NCBI GenBank assembly: GCA_038230375.1
Contig: JBBRNJ010000015.1
Location: forward strand, 1 to 64,000
Source: Polyangiales bacterium
GTDB taxonomy: Bacteria; Myxococcota_A; Polyangia; Polyangiales; Polyangiaceae
DNA: 64,000 bases
Reading direction: 5' to 3'
Positions 36,708-46,829 of the stretch are shown in pieces (position 1 is the first letter of the stretch; every line of letters begins with the position of its first letter). The position numbers and the translations under genes are program-made. Under the pieces are notes generated by a model. That model was not told where the DNA came from. It searched no databases and was given only the letters and a program-made list of their open reading frames with translations.

Positions 36708-39131
36708 TCAGGTCAGCGGCAGCTGGCGGATGGCCTCCACGATCTCGGCGCCGCGCGATGCAACACGCGCCTCGATCTCGAGGAACTCGGGACGCGTGCG
36801 CAGCGGGTGCAAGAGCTTGCAGCCGCGGGTCCACAGCACGTCGTATAGCCCTGCCACGTCGGCGTCCCGCAACGCGCTCATCGCAAGCTCCTCTTGCCCG
36901 CACGTCATCGCAAGCGAGCAGGTCATCTTGCGGAAGAAGATGGTGCGCGCAACGCTGACGGCGCCCACGCGAGACAGACGGTCGAGCGCGTCCATGGTCT
37001 GCGGCGTGAGTTCACCCGACACGAGCACCTCCAGGAGGTAGCGCGCTCGATCGAACGCCGGGCCCTCCATGTGGTGCAGCGCTTCCGCTGCCTCCTTCCG
37101 TGCGCCGCGGTAGATCCATACCTGCGCCACCGTGAACCATCGCTCGAACGAGTTTGCTTGATCGCGCGCGGCCTGCGCGAGCATCTCGTCGACGAGCGCG
37201 TGCTGCCCCGCCAGCTCCCGCACCGCTGCCTGCTCGCCGAGCACGAACGGAAGGTTCGGCTCCAGCAGCTCTGCGCGCTTCATCAACCGCAGACCGGCGT
37301 CCACCTCACCGGCGCGCGCGCGGATGCGCCCCAGGTTGTAGAGCGATTCGGCGTGACGCGGGTTCGCAGCCAGCGCCAGACCGTACTCACGCACCGCCGT
37401 GAGCACGTTGCCGTGCGCCACCTCGAGCTCCGCAAGGGCGAAATGCGGCAGCGACGCATGCGGTGCGAGCGCAAGCGCCTTCTCTGCGGCCTCGCGCGCG
37501 AGCCGCCCTGCCTCGTCCGCAGCCACGGGGTCCAGGTCGAAGCTGAACGGAACGATCTCCGCGCGGGCAAGGGCCGCCAGCAGCGCGGGCTCGTTCGGCG
37601 CACGCTGGATCGCCTCGTTCAGGAGCGAGATGGCCTGCATCGATTGCCGTTGCCGGTACGCGTGCTGCGCGCGCAGGTAGAGGTCCAGTACGACGGGGTC
37701 CTCCGGCAGATCGCGGCTCATGGTCTCGCGCTTCACCGACAGGCCTGCGACGATCGCATCGGCCATCTCGTCGGACAGGCGCAGCACGTCGGACACCGGC
37801 CCCTCCAGCCGCTTCGCCCAGATCTGGAAGCCGTCACCCACGCCAACGAGACGCGCTGTGATCCGTAGACGCTCGCCGTCACGCACCAGCACACCCGACG
37901 CCACCACGTCCGCACCGAGCTTCTTGCCGACGACGCGCGAGTCTTCTCCCTCACCCAGTGCGGCCAGGGCCGCCGCCATGGACGGCACGCGGAGCTCTCC
38001 GTTCATGGAGAGCGTGTCCGTGAGTGACTCGCAGAACGCCGTCACCAGGTAGTCGTCCTCCGACTTTCCTGAGTTCTTGAACGGGAGCACGCAGATGATC
38101 TTGGTCCCGGACACGCGCGGCGCGGACGGCGACGGGGACGGCGGCAGCGAGGCGGGCGGTGGAAGCGCGCTCCGCGCCGTGCCCACAAGGTCGAGCCGGA
38201 GCGCCTGCACTGCAGTGTCGAGGGCCCTGGGATCGAGCGCCACCTGTGTAGCACCGAGACCCAGCTGCGCATCGGCGGTTGCGCCCGTGGCCAGCGCGGC
38301 GATCTCCGCGCCCAGGATCTCTGCGCTCTGGTGCCGGTTCGCGGGATCGCGCGCCATCGCCTTCTGCACGAGCTCCGCGACGTTGGCGGGGACCCCGGCC
38401 CGGATCCCTCTCGGATCAGGAGGGGGCGCAACCAGCCGTGCCGCGGCAATCGCAAAGACGGTGTCGCCGCTCCATGGGCAACGGCCCGTGACCATCTCGA
38501 ACAGGATCTCGCCCACGGCGTACACGTCCGCGCGATGGTCCGCGTCCTTTCCTTCCGCCTGCTCCGGTGACATGTACGCGGGCGTGCCTAGCGGCCGGCC
38601 TGCCGTGAGCTTCGCATCACCCGACGAGAACGCGCGCGCGATGCCGAAGTCCATGATCTTCACGTGGCCGTCCTCCGCCACGATCACGTTGTCCGGCTTC
38701 AGGTCGCGGTGGACCACGCCCGCCTCGTGGGCTGCGGCAAGGCCGTTCGCGAGCTCGCCCGCGATGGCAAGCGCACGCACGAGCGGCAGCGATCCCGCGC
38801 GCGACAGAAGAACGGACAGTGGCTCGCCCGGAAGGTATTCCATGGTCAGGAAGCGCAGACCCTGGTGCTCGCCTATGTCGTACGTCCGCGCGACGTTCTT
38901 GTGCGTGACCTTGCGCGCAAGCTTCACCTCGCGACGGAAGCGCTCCATGGACCCAGGGTCGCTCCCGAGGTCCTGCGAGAGGGTCTTCAGCGCGACCATC
39001 TCGTCGAGCTCGACGTCGCGTGCAAGATACACGCTTCCCATTCCGCCTGCCCCCAGCAGACGCAGGATCTCGTAGCGGCCCGCGACGCGAGCGCCATCCG
39101 TGATCGACGGCGGGGCAAGGGAGTCGCTCAT
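36708..39131 (-). CDS. Ser/Thr protein kinase with a TolB-N-like domain and TPRs
   Basis: GAGGMGSVY, HRDLKPDN, DFG, GTPAYMSPE; ICVLPFKN..LRITARLV; C-terminal TPRs; ATGA overlap with the upstream gene. Confidence 0.92.
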   Translation of the reverse strand: MSDSLAPPSITDGARVAGRYEILRLLGAGGMGSVYLARDVELDEMVALKTLSQDLGSDPGSMERFRREVKLARKVTHKNVARTYDIGEHQGLRFLTMEYLPGEPLSVLLSRAGSLPLVRALAIAGELANGLAAAHEAGVVHRDLKPDNVIVAEDGHVKIMDFGIARAFSSGDAKLTAGRPLGTPAYMSPEQAEGKDADHRADVYAVGEILFEMVTGRCPWSGDTVFAIAAARLVAPPPDPRGIRAGVPANVAELVQKAMARDPANRHQSAEILGAEIAALATGATADAQLGLGATQVALDPRALDTAVQALRLDLVGTARSALPPPASLPPSPSPSAPRVSGTKIICVLPFKNSGKSEDDYLVTAFCESLTDTLSMNGELRVPSMAAALAALGEGEDSRVVGKKLGADVVASGVLVRDGERLRITARLVGVGDGFQIWAKRLEGPVSDVLRLSDEMADAIVAGLSVKRETMSRDLPEDPVVLDLYLRAQHAYRQRQSMQAISLLNEAIQRAPNEPALLAALARAEIVPFSFDLDPVAADEAGRLAREAAEKALALAPHASLPHFALAELEVAHGNVLTAVREYGLALAANPRHAESLYNLGRIRARAGEVDAGLRLMKRAELLEPNLPFVLGEQAAVRELAGQHALVDEMLAQAARDQANSFERWFTVAQVWIYRGARKEAAEALHHMEGPAFDRARYLLEVLVSGELTPQTMDALDRLSRVGAVSVARTIFFRKMTCSLAMTCGQEELAMSALRDADVAGLYDVLWTRGCKLLHPLRTRPEFLEIEARVASRGAEIVEAIRQLPLT

Positions 39132-40030
39132 CTGCCGCACTCCCGCTCGTAGGGATTCGCCTCCCGGTGGGCGCGCTGCTCCTTTCCGAGCGCGGCGATC
39201 GCCGTGACGCAACGCTCGGCGGCCTTCTTCGCGGTCGTTGTCTTGTGCTTCTTCGGCAAGAGGTCGGTGAAGTCGATCGGGTCGCCGAAGTAGACGTCGA
39301 TGGGCGTCTTGTCGCCCGGCGCCCAGTTCTTGACGAACTCGCGCGGCAGGCTGTTGCCCATGCCCGTGACGAACACCGGGATCGTCGGGATCTCGTGCGC
39401 CTCGAGCGCGACCTTCCCTGCGCCGGGCTGCGCGGGCAAGAACGTGTACGCGTTCCCGCTCTTGTTGCGCTTGCCTTCCGGGTGGATGCCCAGGATGGTG
39501 CCCGGCGTGCGCAGCTCGGCGACGCAGCGCTCGATCGCCCACATGTTGAACGCGCGCTTGCTGCCCTCGCGCATGATGGGCGGGAACATCCGCATCGCGC
39601 TCATGGATAGGTTCACCGCAGGTCCGAGCGGGTGGTCGTAGAAGAACGTGGAGCGCGTGGGGAAGAAGATGTTCTTCGAGAGCTTCGTGCGCTTGTAGAG
39701 GATGTACGTGATCGTGAAGAAGTCGAAGAAGCTGGTGTGATTCGCCACGAGCAGAACGCTCTGCTTCCGATCGTACTTGGCGAGCTTCTCCAATCCGACG
39801 ATGTGAAACCGATTCGAGCCGCACGAACCGATGAGCGCGCCCATGACCAGGTCGAGGTACACCTCGCCGAGGGGCGACTTCGACGCGAAGTCTCCGGCCT
39901 CGAAGCAGAGGCGCTCGACGCGGGAGAGAAGTGAGAGCTGCTCCTCCGTGGGCCGGAACCCATGCCCCGCCTCCTGCTTCGCCCCGGAGGCGGGTGCCTC
40001 GTGACGGGTGCCTCCTGACGAGTCCACCAT
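39128..40030 (-). CDS. Lysophospholipid/glycerolipid acyltransferase (PlsC-like)
   Basis: NHTSFFD (HxxxxD) and HPEGKR motifs. Confidence 0.88.
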   Translation of the reverse strand: MVDSSGGTRHEAPASGAKQEAGHGFRPTEEQLSLLSRVERLCFEAGDFASKSPLGEVYLDLVMGALIGSCGSNRFHIVGLEKLAKYDRKQSVLLVANHTSFFDFFTITYILYKRTKLSKNIFFPTRSTFFYDHPLGPAVNLSMSAMRMFPPIMREGSKRAFNMWAIERCVAELRTPGTILGIHPEGKRNKSGNAYTFLPAQPGAGKVALEAHEIPTIPVFVTGMGNSLPREFVKNWAPGDKTPIDVYFGDPIDFTDLLPKKHKTTTAKKAAERCVTAIAALGKEQRAHREANPYERECGR

Positions 40031-40032
40031 GG

Positions 40033-41679
40033 TCACTTCGGGGCGGGGAGGAGCGCTCCGGGGTTCATGATCCCGGCTGGGTCCAGCTCGGTCTTCACAG
40101 CGGCGAAGGCAGCACCCACGAGCGGCGCGCGCTCCTTCTCCCAGTGCGGTCGGTGCATGCGCCCCACGGCATGGTGGTGTGTGATGGTGCCGCCGCCTTC
40201 GATGACGGCGGAGCTCGCGGCCTCCTTCACCGCGCGCCACGCGTCCAGGCCTCCCGCGTCCAGGCCTGCGGCTCCGGCGTTGCCGACGAAGGTGTAGTAC
40301 GGCGCGGGCCCGTCCGGATAGACGTGGGAGAAACGCGACGTGAGGAGCCCGCCGCCCGCGTGCTTCTTCAGCGCCGCGTTCACCTTCTCGGACACGTTGG
40401 CGTGGAACGCGTCGAACTTGTCCCACGTGATCGCCGTCTCGAACGTGTCGATCATGACGCCCATGCTGACAAGGGCGCTCTGCAGGTACGGCGCCGCGAA
40501 GAACGCCTTGCGCCACGCGCCGTGCTCGTTGTCCTCGAGCGTGTCGGTGCGGTCCGCCGAGTTAGACGAGAATGACGTGGTGTAGGTGGGCTCCTCCGCG
40601 CAGTCGCCGCCCAGGTCGGTGGCGATCGACAGCGCTCGCTCCATCCATGGCTCCACGGGATGGTCCGCGGACTCGAAGCCAAGAAGCAGCACGCTGGCGC
40701 CGGCGTTCGTGGGGGCGACCTCGTGCATCATCGCCTCGCCGGGATCGAGGAGCCGGCAGTTCGCGGGGAACAGCCCCGACTGCGCGATCTTCCGTGCGGC
40801 AAGCACGCCGTCCGAGAAGCGTGCAAAGTGCACAGATACCGATGCGCGCCAACGCGGCCGCGCCTGCAGGCGCATCCATGCCTCCGTGATGACGCCGAAC
40901 GCGCCCTCCGAGCCGAGGATCAGGCGCTCGGGCGATGGGCCCGCGCCGCTCGCGGGCAACCTGCGCGTCTCGATGACGCCCTTTGGCGTCACCATGCGAA
41001 TGGACTCGACGAAGTCGTCGATGTGGGTGGGTCCCGTGGCGAAATGTCCGCCGGCACGTGTCGCGATCCAGCCGCCAAGGGTGGAGTGCTCGTAGCTCTG
41101 TGGGAAGTGGCGCAGCGTGAGCCCCGTCTTCTGGAGCTGCTCCTCGATCTGCGGGCCGTTGGCGCCAGCCTGGATGCGGGCGGCGCGCGAGGTCTGGTCG
41201 ACCTCGAGGACCTTGTTGAAGCGGCTCATGTCGAGCGAGGCTACCGCGGTGAAGCTGGTGCCCACGTCGGCCTCGACGCCGCCGACGACGCTCGTGCCAC
41301 CGCCGAAGGGGATGAGTGCGATCTTCTCGCGACTGCACGCGGCGAGCGCGGCGATGATGTGCTCCTCGCTCTCCGGGAAGAGGACCAGGTCCGGCGCGTT
41401 GCCGAAGTCACCAGCGAATCCACGGACCAGGTCCGCGTAGCTCTTTCCGAACGTGTGCTCCGCGCGAACGCGCGCGTCCGTGTTGCTGAAGCCGGCGATC
41501 TCCGTGGGCGCGTCACGTCGCGGCGGTCGCACGCGTGTGGCGTCGAACGACGGAAGCGGCTTCTTCGCCACGTCCACGCCGAGCACGGCGGAGAGGCGGG
41601 CGCGCAGCTTGTCACGCACGTCATCCGTGACGAAGCGATCCTCGTACCCCCATGCCCAGAAACTCTTGGCGCGGCTCAT
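40033..41679 (-). CDS. FAD-linked oxidoreductase, alkylglycerone-phosphate synthase-like
   Basis: PFGGGTSVVGG, HFPQSYEHSTLGGWIATR, GSEGAFGVITEA, DTFETA, SHVYPDG..YYT, THHHAVG. Confidence 0.85.
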   Translation of the reverse strand: MSRAKSFWAWGYEDRFVTDDVRDKLRARLSAVLGVDVAKKPLPSFDATRVRPPRRDAPTEIAGFSNTDARVRAEHTFGKSYADLVRGFAGDFGNAPDLVLFPESEEHIIAALAACSREKIALIPFGGGTSVVGGVEADVGTSFTAVASLDMSRFNKVLEVDQTSRAARIQAGANGPQIEEQLQKTGLTLRHFPQSYEHSTLGGWIATRAGGHFATGPTHIDDFVESIRMVTPKGVIETRRLPASGAGPSPERLILGSEGAFGVITEAWMRLQARPRWRASVSVHFARFSDGVLAARKIAQSGLFPANCRLLDPGEAMMHEVAPTNAGASVLLLGFESADHPVEPWMERALSIATDLGGDCAEEPTYTTSFSSNSADRTDTLEDNEHGAWRKAFFAAPYLQSALVSMGVMIDTFETAITWDKFDAFHANVSEKVNAALKKHAGGGLLTSRFSHVYPDGPAPYYTFVGNAGAAGLDAGGLDAWRAVKEAASSAVIEGGGTITHHHAVGRMHRPHWEKERAPLVGAAFAAVKTELDPAGIMNPGALLPAPK

Positions 41680-41716
41680 GGCCAGGTCAGGTTACCGCGA
41701 AAACGGCCAGGATCAG

Positions 41717-42535
41717 CTAGTAATCGCCGCTCGAGCCGCCGCCGCCAAAGTCACCACCACCACCGCCGCCGCCGCCCCAATCGCTGCCGCCACCACCGCT
41801 GTCGCCGCCACCACCACTATCGCCGCCGCCACCCCAGCCGCCGCCGCCATAGTAGCCGCCGCCCCCACCACCGCCGCCGCCGCGACCATTCAGGCGGCTG
41901 ACCACCCAGCGGATCAAGAGGAATGCGACGAGCAGGATCACCACGGCAATGAACCCGAGCCCAGAGCCGCTCTTCGGATGCTGCGGCTGCGTCGCGACGC
42001 GGCGACCCGACGTTGCGCCGGTGGGACCTCCGAGCTTCATCTCGGTCTGGATGCCGTCGATGCCTGCCTCGATCGCACCGCCGACATCGCCAGCCTTCAT
42101 GGCGGGCGCGATGCGCTCGCGGATGATCTCGTTCGACTGGAGGTCCGTCAGATCGCCGCCTGCGCCCTTCCCGGTCTCGATGCGGATCTTCCGCTCCTGC
42201 GTCGCAATGATGAGGAGCACGCCGCGGTCGGTACCCTTCTTCCCGAGGTTCCACGCGCGCGCCGTGTCGTAGGACACGTCCTCGACGGGGAGGCCCTCGA
42301 GCGAGCGCGGAAGGAAGACCGTGATCTCCACGCCGCTCGCGTCACGGATGCCCCGGAGGCGCAAGGCGATCGCGTCTTTCTCGGCCGCGGTCAGCTTGCC
42401 TGCAGCGTCGTTGACCGGACCCTCCAGCGCGGGCGGCGTGTACGCGAACGCGGCGCGCGGCAGCGACACCAGCGCCACGAACGCCACCGCGAGGAGCGCT
42501 GCGAGCGCAAGGAGTGGGTGGAGCGCTCGCTTCAT
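41717..42535 (-). CDS. TPM-domain (YgcG-like) membrane protein with a Gly-rich tail
   Basis: VNDAAGKL, WNLG..GVLL..ERKIRIETGKG, GGDFGGGGSSG end. Confidence 0.92.
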   Translation of the reverse strand: MKRALHPLLALAALLAVAFVALVSLPRAAFAYTPPALEGPVNDAAGKLTAAEKDAIALRLRGIRDASGVEITVFLPRSLEGLPVEDVSYDTARAWNLGKKGTDRGVLLIIATQERKIRIETGKGAGGDLTDLQSNEIIRERIAPAMKAGDVGGAIEAGIDGIQTEMKLGGPTGATSGRRVATQPQHPKSGSGLGFIAVVILLVAFLLIRWVVSRLNGRGGGGGGGGGYYGGGGWGGGGDSGGGGDSGGGGSDWGGGGGGGGDFGGGGSSGDY

Positions 42536-42558
42536 GATGTCGCCTCCACCACGCTCCT

Positions 42559-43194
42559 TCAGAACGATACCTTGGGTGCCGCCTGCGCCTCACTCGATGC
42601 CGAGAAGTAGACGCGCTCCTTGAACGGCTTGCCCGTCACCCTGTTGATCGCCTGGCCGCTGATCTTCCGGAGCTCCGTGTTGTAGACGCGCACGGCTTCG
42701 TTGTACTGCTCGCGCGACCGGAGGATGCGGTTCTCCGTGCCCTCGAGCTCCACGGTGAGATCGCGATAGCCCTTGGTGCTTGCGAGCTCGGGGTACTTCT
42801 CGTTCGAGATCATCAGGCGCGACAGCGATCCCTTGAGGTTGTCTTGCGCCTTCTGGAACGCCGCCATCTTCGCCGGGTCCGTGAAGTCCTCGCCGGTCAC
42901 CTTGATGCTGGTCGCGTCCGAGCGCGCCTGCGTCACGGCCGTGAGGGTGGACTCCTCGAACTTGCTGGAGGCCTTCACCGTGGAGACGATGTTCGGGATG
43001 AGATCGTAGCGGCGCTGGAGCTGGGCCTCGTAGTCGGCCCACTTCTGCTCGCAGATCCCGTCCTTCTCGACCAGCTGGTCGTAGTTCTGGCATCCGGGCA
43101 CGAAGAGCGCGCTGATGACGGCAAGGGCGGCCATGAGCAGCGAGAGCGACAGGGACGGGAAAAACCGGGGGATCCTGGCGTTGGTCAAGGTCAT
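42559..43194 (-). CDS. lemA: LemA family protein
   Basis: QLQRRYDLIPN, EKYPEL, LEGTENRI, APKVSF; adjacent to the TPM gene. Confidence 0.95.
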   Translation of the reverse strand: MTLTNARIPRFFPSLSLSLLMAALAVISALFVPGCQNYDQLVEKDGICEQKWADYEAQLQRRYDLIPNIVSTVKASSKFEESTLTAVTQARSDATSIKVTGEDFTDPAKMAAFQKAQDNLKGSLSRLMISNEKYPELASTKGYRDLTVELEGTENRILRSREQYNEAVRVYNTELRKISGQAINRVTGKPFKERVYFSASSEAQAAPKVSF

Positions 43195-43345
43195 GTGAGG
43201 GAGACCGTAAGAACGCGGCCGGCTGCTGGCAAGCAAAACCCGGGTGTCGGCAGGCCCCGCGAGGGGCGCGGATGTAGGAGCAATCGGTGAACTTTCGACC
43301 AGTTCGACGTGCACCAGGCCCGACTTCGTGGAATAACCCGCGTCC

Positions 43346-45361
43346 ATGGGGACTGGAAAATTCTCGTCATACGCTCTTGCCACCGCTCTGATCGGCGGCC
43401 TTGTCATCGGTGCCGGCGCCTGCGGTACCAGCAAGGATCGGGGCTTCGATGATCTGACCACCGCGGACGGCGGTGGCGGTGGTGACGAAGGCGGCCTGCT
43501 GTTCGGTGGCGGAGAAGGCGGACTCGACAAGCCTGTCTCGTCCCTCACAGTCGACCCGCCCACGGCATCGCTCCTTTCCGACAACGGCGCGCAGCCCACC
43601 CAGCAGTTCAAGGCCATCGCTCACTTCACCGACGGGACCAGCGCGGATGTCGGCGCTGGTGTCACGTGGACGGCGACTGCTCCGCAGGTCGGAGCGATCT
43701 CGGGCGGCCTCTTCAAGGCCAGCGGCAGCGTCGGCGGCGCGGTCGTCGTCACCGCGAGCTTCAAGAACCAGAAGGCCACGGGCGACCTGCAGGTCAAGCT
43801 GCACATCACCGACAACCCGAACAACGTCGACCCCGCGATCATCGCTGCGCTCAAGGGCGCATCCACGAAGGACGCTGCTGTGCAGTGGGCGTACCCCTAC
43901 GACGGCACCGTCTTCCCCCGCGGCCTGGGCGCGCCGCTCCTCCAGTGGAACAACGGCATCGCGGCGGACACGTACTACGTGCACGTGAAGAGCGCGGGCT
44001 TCGAGCTCGAGTCGTTCACCACCGTGCCGCCGCCGTCGCGCTACGCGTTCACGGGAACGAACTGGCAGAAGTTCGTCGACTCGTCCTCCGGCGCAGCCAC
44101 CCTGGAGGTGTCGCGCTACTCCGGCACCACGGCAACAAAGGTGACGACGCTCAACTGGACCATTGCGCCCGCCTCCATGCGCGGCACCATCTACTACTGG
44201 GCCAACGCCCAGGGCCGCGTGATGCGCATCAAGCCAGGCGCCACCGCACCGGACGACTTCAGCGCGGGCGTCCTGCCCGCTGCCGGCTGCACCATGACGT
44301 GCCACACGGTGTCCGCGGACGGGTCCACGCTCATCAGCGGCGGCGACGGCTTCGGCGGCTCGTACGACCTCCTCAACAACACCCAGATTTACCCGAAGGG
44401 CGCGGCCGCCGGGCCTGCCCGCAAGTGGTCGAATGCCGCGCTCTCGCCGAACGGGAAGTTCATCGTCGAGAACGGCAACACAGCGGTCCCCGGTCCGCCA
44501 GGCGCCGAAGACGGCATGTACAACACTGGCGACGGCACGAAGGTCGCGAACAGCGGACTCGATGGTCTGCATCTCGGCTCGCCCAGCTTTGCAGCAGACG
44601 GCACCAAGCTCGCCTACGTCGCCCTCACGGGCGCGGCCCCCGGCTCCCTCAACGTCTTCGATTTCGATCTGAAGAACGCGAAGGCTGGCGCGAGCACGCA
44701 GCTCATCGCGCAGGGCGCAGGCCAGCCCATCCAGTGGCCGAGCGTCTCTCCCGACGCGAAGTGGATCGTCTATCACCGCGGCAATATCGATACGCGCTAC
44801 GGACCCGGCGACCTCTACCTCGCGAACACCGCGACGCCCAACCAGGAGACCCGCCTGGGCAAGGTCGATGGTGACGGCTATCTGTTCGCCGCGGGCACAC
44901 GCGATCTCGCGTTCAACTACGAGCCCACGTTTGCGCCCGTTCCCTCGGGCGGGTATTTCTGGGTCGTCTTCACGAGCCGCCGCACGTACGGCAACACGTC
45001 GATCGGCGCGGCCGCATCCACGAAGCAGCTCTGGGTCGCGGCGATCGATCTGAACCCCACGCCCGGCGTCGACCCTAGCCACGCGGCGTTCCTTCTGCCC
45101 GGCCAGGACGTGACGCAGATCAACATGCGCGGCTTCTGGGCGCTCGACCCCTGCAAGGGTGACGGCCAGGGCTGCGGCTCCGGCACCGAGTGCTGCGGCG
45201 GCTTCTGCGACGGCTCCGGCCCCGACGGCGGCCTGGTCTGCGCGTCGAAGGGCGCATGCGGACAGGACGGCGATCATTGCAACGTCGCCGCCGACTGCTG
45301 CAATGCATCCACGGGCACCACGTGCATCAACCACACGTGCGCGCAGCCGGGCCCCAAGTAG
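43346..45361 (+). CDS. Lipoprotein with an Ig-like domain, TolB/WD40-like propeller and Cys-rich C-terminus
   Basis: Lipobox AGAC; YPYDGTVFP, GTIYYW, PSVSPDAKW, WVVFTSRR, KQLWVAAID; CC repeats. Confidence 0.8.
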   Translation: MGTGKFSSYALATALIGGLVIGAGACGTSKDRGFDDLTTADGGGGGDEGGLLFGGGEGGLDKPVSSLTVDPPTASLLSDNGAQPTQQFKAIAHFTDGTSADVGAGVTWTATAPQVGAISGGLFKASGSVGGAVVVTASFKNQKATGDLQVKLHITDNPNNVDPAIIAALKGASTKDAAVQWAYPYDGTVFPRGLGAPLLQWNNGIAADTYYVHVKSAGFELESFTTVPPPSRYAFTGTNWQKFVDSSSGAATLEVSRYSGTTATKVTTLNWTIAPASMRGTIYYWANAQGRVMRIKPGATAPDDFSAGVLPAAGCTMTCHTVSADGSTLISGGDGFGGSYDLLNNTQIYPKGAAAGPARKWSNAALSPNGKFIVENGNTAVPGPPGAEDGMYNTGDGTKVANSGLDGLHLGSPSFAADGTKLAYVALTGAAPGSLNVFDFDLKNAKAGASTQLIAQGAGQPIQWPSVSPDAKWIVYHRGNIDTRYGPGDLYLANTATPNQETRLGKVDGDGYLFAAGTRDLAFNYEPTFAPVPSGGYFWVVFTSRRTYGNTSIGAAASTKQLWVAAIDLNPTPGVDPSHAAFLLPGQDVTQINMRGFWALDPCKGDGQGCGSGTECCGGFCDGSGPDGGLVCASKGACGQDGDHCNVAADCCNASTGTTCINHTCAQPGPK

Positions 45362-45374
45362 CCCCCGCTCCGGC

Positions 45375-46292
45375 TCAGGCGTCGAAGATCGACAGCGCGG
45401 TCATCCCGAGGACCTGCGGCAAGACTGCATCCGGAATGCTCTTCGCGATGCGGACGATCTCGCGGTCCCACGCGTACGGCAGGTTCGGAAAGTCAGTGCC
45501 GTAGTAGATGCGATCCGGGCGCGCCGCGAGCAGTCGCACGAACGACGGGAGCTCCGGGAAGTAGTCCGCGAGCATCATTGTCGTGTCCAGGTAGAGGTTC
45601 TCGTGGCGCTCGAGCAGGCGCTCGTAGCCGTCGAACTCGTCCGCGCCCAGGTGCGGGACCACCATGCGGAGCTTCGGAAACGCGGTAAGCACGCGCTCTG
45701 TGCGCTCCACGCTACAGAGCTCGCGCGGATTGCACTTGAGCGCGTCACTCGCGGGTTCGCGCCCCGCGTGGATCACGAGCGGCTTGTTCCTTCGCTCGCA
45801 GAGCTCGTAGATCGGAAAGAGCGCCTTCTCGTCGTCGGGAGAGAAGCACTGCACGTGGCAGTGGAGCTTCACGCCGCGAAGGCCCAGGGCGAATCCTTCT
45901 TCCAGGATCGCAACCGCATCGGGCTCACCTGGCAGGACCGTGGCAACCCCCGTGAGCCGCGGCTCCGCGCGGACGAGCTCCGCCATGTACGCGTTCATCA
46001 TGCGCGCAAGGCCAGGAGCGTGCGCGTAGTGCAAGCCCACCACGCGCGCGACCCCACGCGAGAAGAGGAAGCGCAGCACCTCCGGCGCGTCGAGCTTGTA
46101 CCGAACAGGCCATCCGTATGCGTCGAACCAGCGCCAGATCGCACGGAACATCCGATCCGGAAACAGGTGCACGTGGCCGTCCACCACCATGGGCAGCGCC
46201 TCCGGAAGGCGCGCGCCCTCCGGGTCCGCGACGGCCGGGAGCGGCATCTGCATGCGCGGAAAGCACGGCGAGGTGGCTGCTTCTTCTGCCAT
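45375..46292 (-). CDS. Amidohydrolase family 2 metallo-hydrolase
   Basis: VDGHVH, GVKLH, IHAG, PHLG, YGTDFP; start uncertain. Confidence 0.9.
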   Translation of the reverse strand: MAEEAATSPCFPRMQMPLPAVADPEGARLPEALPMVVDGHVHLFPDRMFRAIWRWFDAYGWPVRYKLDAPEVLRFLFSRGVARVVGLHYAHAPGLARMMNAYMAELVRAEPRLTGVATVLPGEPDAVAILEEGFALGLRGVKLHCHVQCFSPDDEKALFPIYELCERRNKPLVIHAGREPASDALKCNPRELCSVERTERVLTAFPKLRMVVPHLGADEFDGYERLLERHENLYLDTTMMLADYFPELPSFVRLLAARPDRIYYGTDFPNLPYAWDREIVRIAKSIPDAVLPQVLGMTALSIFDA

Positions 46293-46307
46293 GGAAACGA
46301 CGCGCTG

Positions 46308-46826
46308 ATGGTAGCCTTTCGAACCGTGGAAGACACGCGGGCACTCGTTCACCGCATCCGGAATGACCTGCAGCTCGTGTCGAGCATCCTCCACGCAGAG
46401 CTGTCCGTTGCGATCTCGGACGAGGCGCGCCAGGTACTCTCCGCGATGGATCGCCGCATGCTGGCCATCAACCTGAGCTACACGGGCGCGGAGACCACGC
46501 ACGTACTTCTGCCCCGCTACCTGAGCGATCTCTGTCAGGCCCTTGGACAAAAGTTCGGCGCATGCGCGGACCGCAGCGTGGGAAGCCTGGCTGCGCGGCG
46601 CGTCGGCATGGTCGCCGCAGAGGCGCTCGGCGCCGCGAACTGCCCGGCCGAGCTCCAGCTGAGTGCCAGCGGCGCCACGCTCAGCGTCAGCATCACGCGA
46701 GAGGCGCACACGAGCGAGTGGATGACCGGTCTGTGCCGCGAGCTCTGCCTCGATCTGATCCAGCAGCTCGACGGGCGGCTCGTCTCCGACACATCGAGGC
46801 TGCTCTCGTTCGAGTTCGAGGCGTAG
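46308..46826 (+). CDS. Stand-alone HisKA_2-type protein with a degenerate ATPase domain
   Basis: HRIRNDLQLVSSIL (HRVKNNLQ-like H box), YLSDLC, LIQQLDG; no sensor domain. Confidence 0.7.
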   Translation: MVAFRTVEDTRALVHRIRNDLQLVSSILHAELSVAISDEARQVLSAMDRRMLAINLSYTGAETTHVLLPRYLSDLCQALGQKFGACADRSVGSLAARRVGMVAAEALGAANCPAELQLSASGATLSVSITREAHTSEWMTGLCRELCLDLIQQLDGRLVSDTSRLLSFEFEA

Positions 46827-46829
46827 CGC

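Noticed and set aside
36708..39824. 1038-aa kinase as listed in the ORF track
   Set aside because: The N-terminal 231 aa overlap the acyltransferase in another frame; the real start is ATG 39131. The same over-extension affects ORFs 17242-18903, 18267-19724, 45375-47033, 49221-51452 and 49329-51125.
41717..41885. GGC/GGT-rich repeat tract
   Set aside because: Ordinary Gly-rich tail of TPM-domain proteins.
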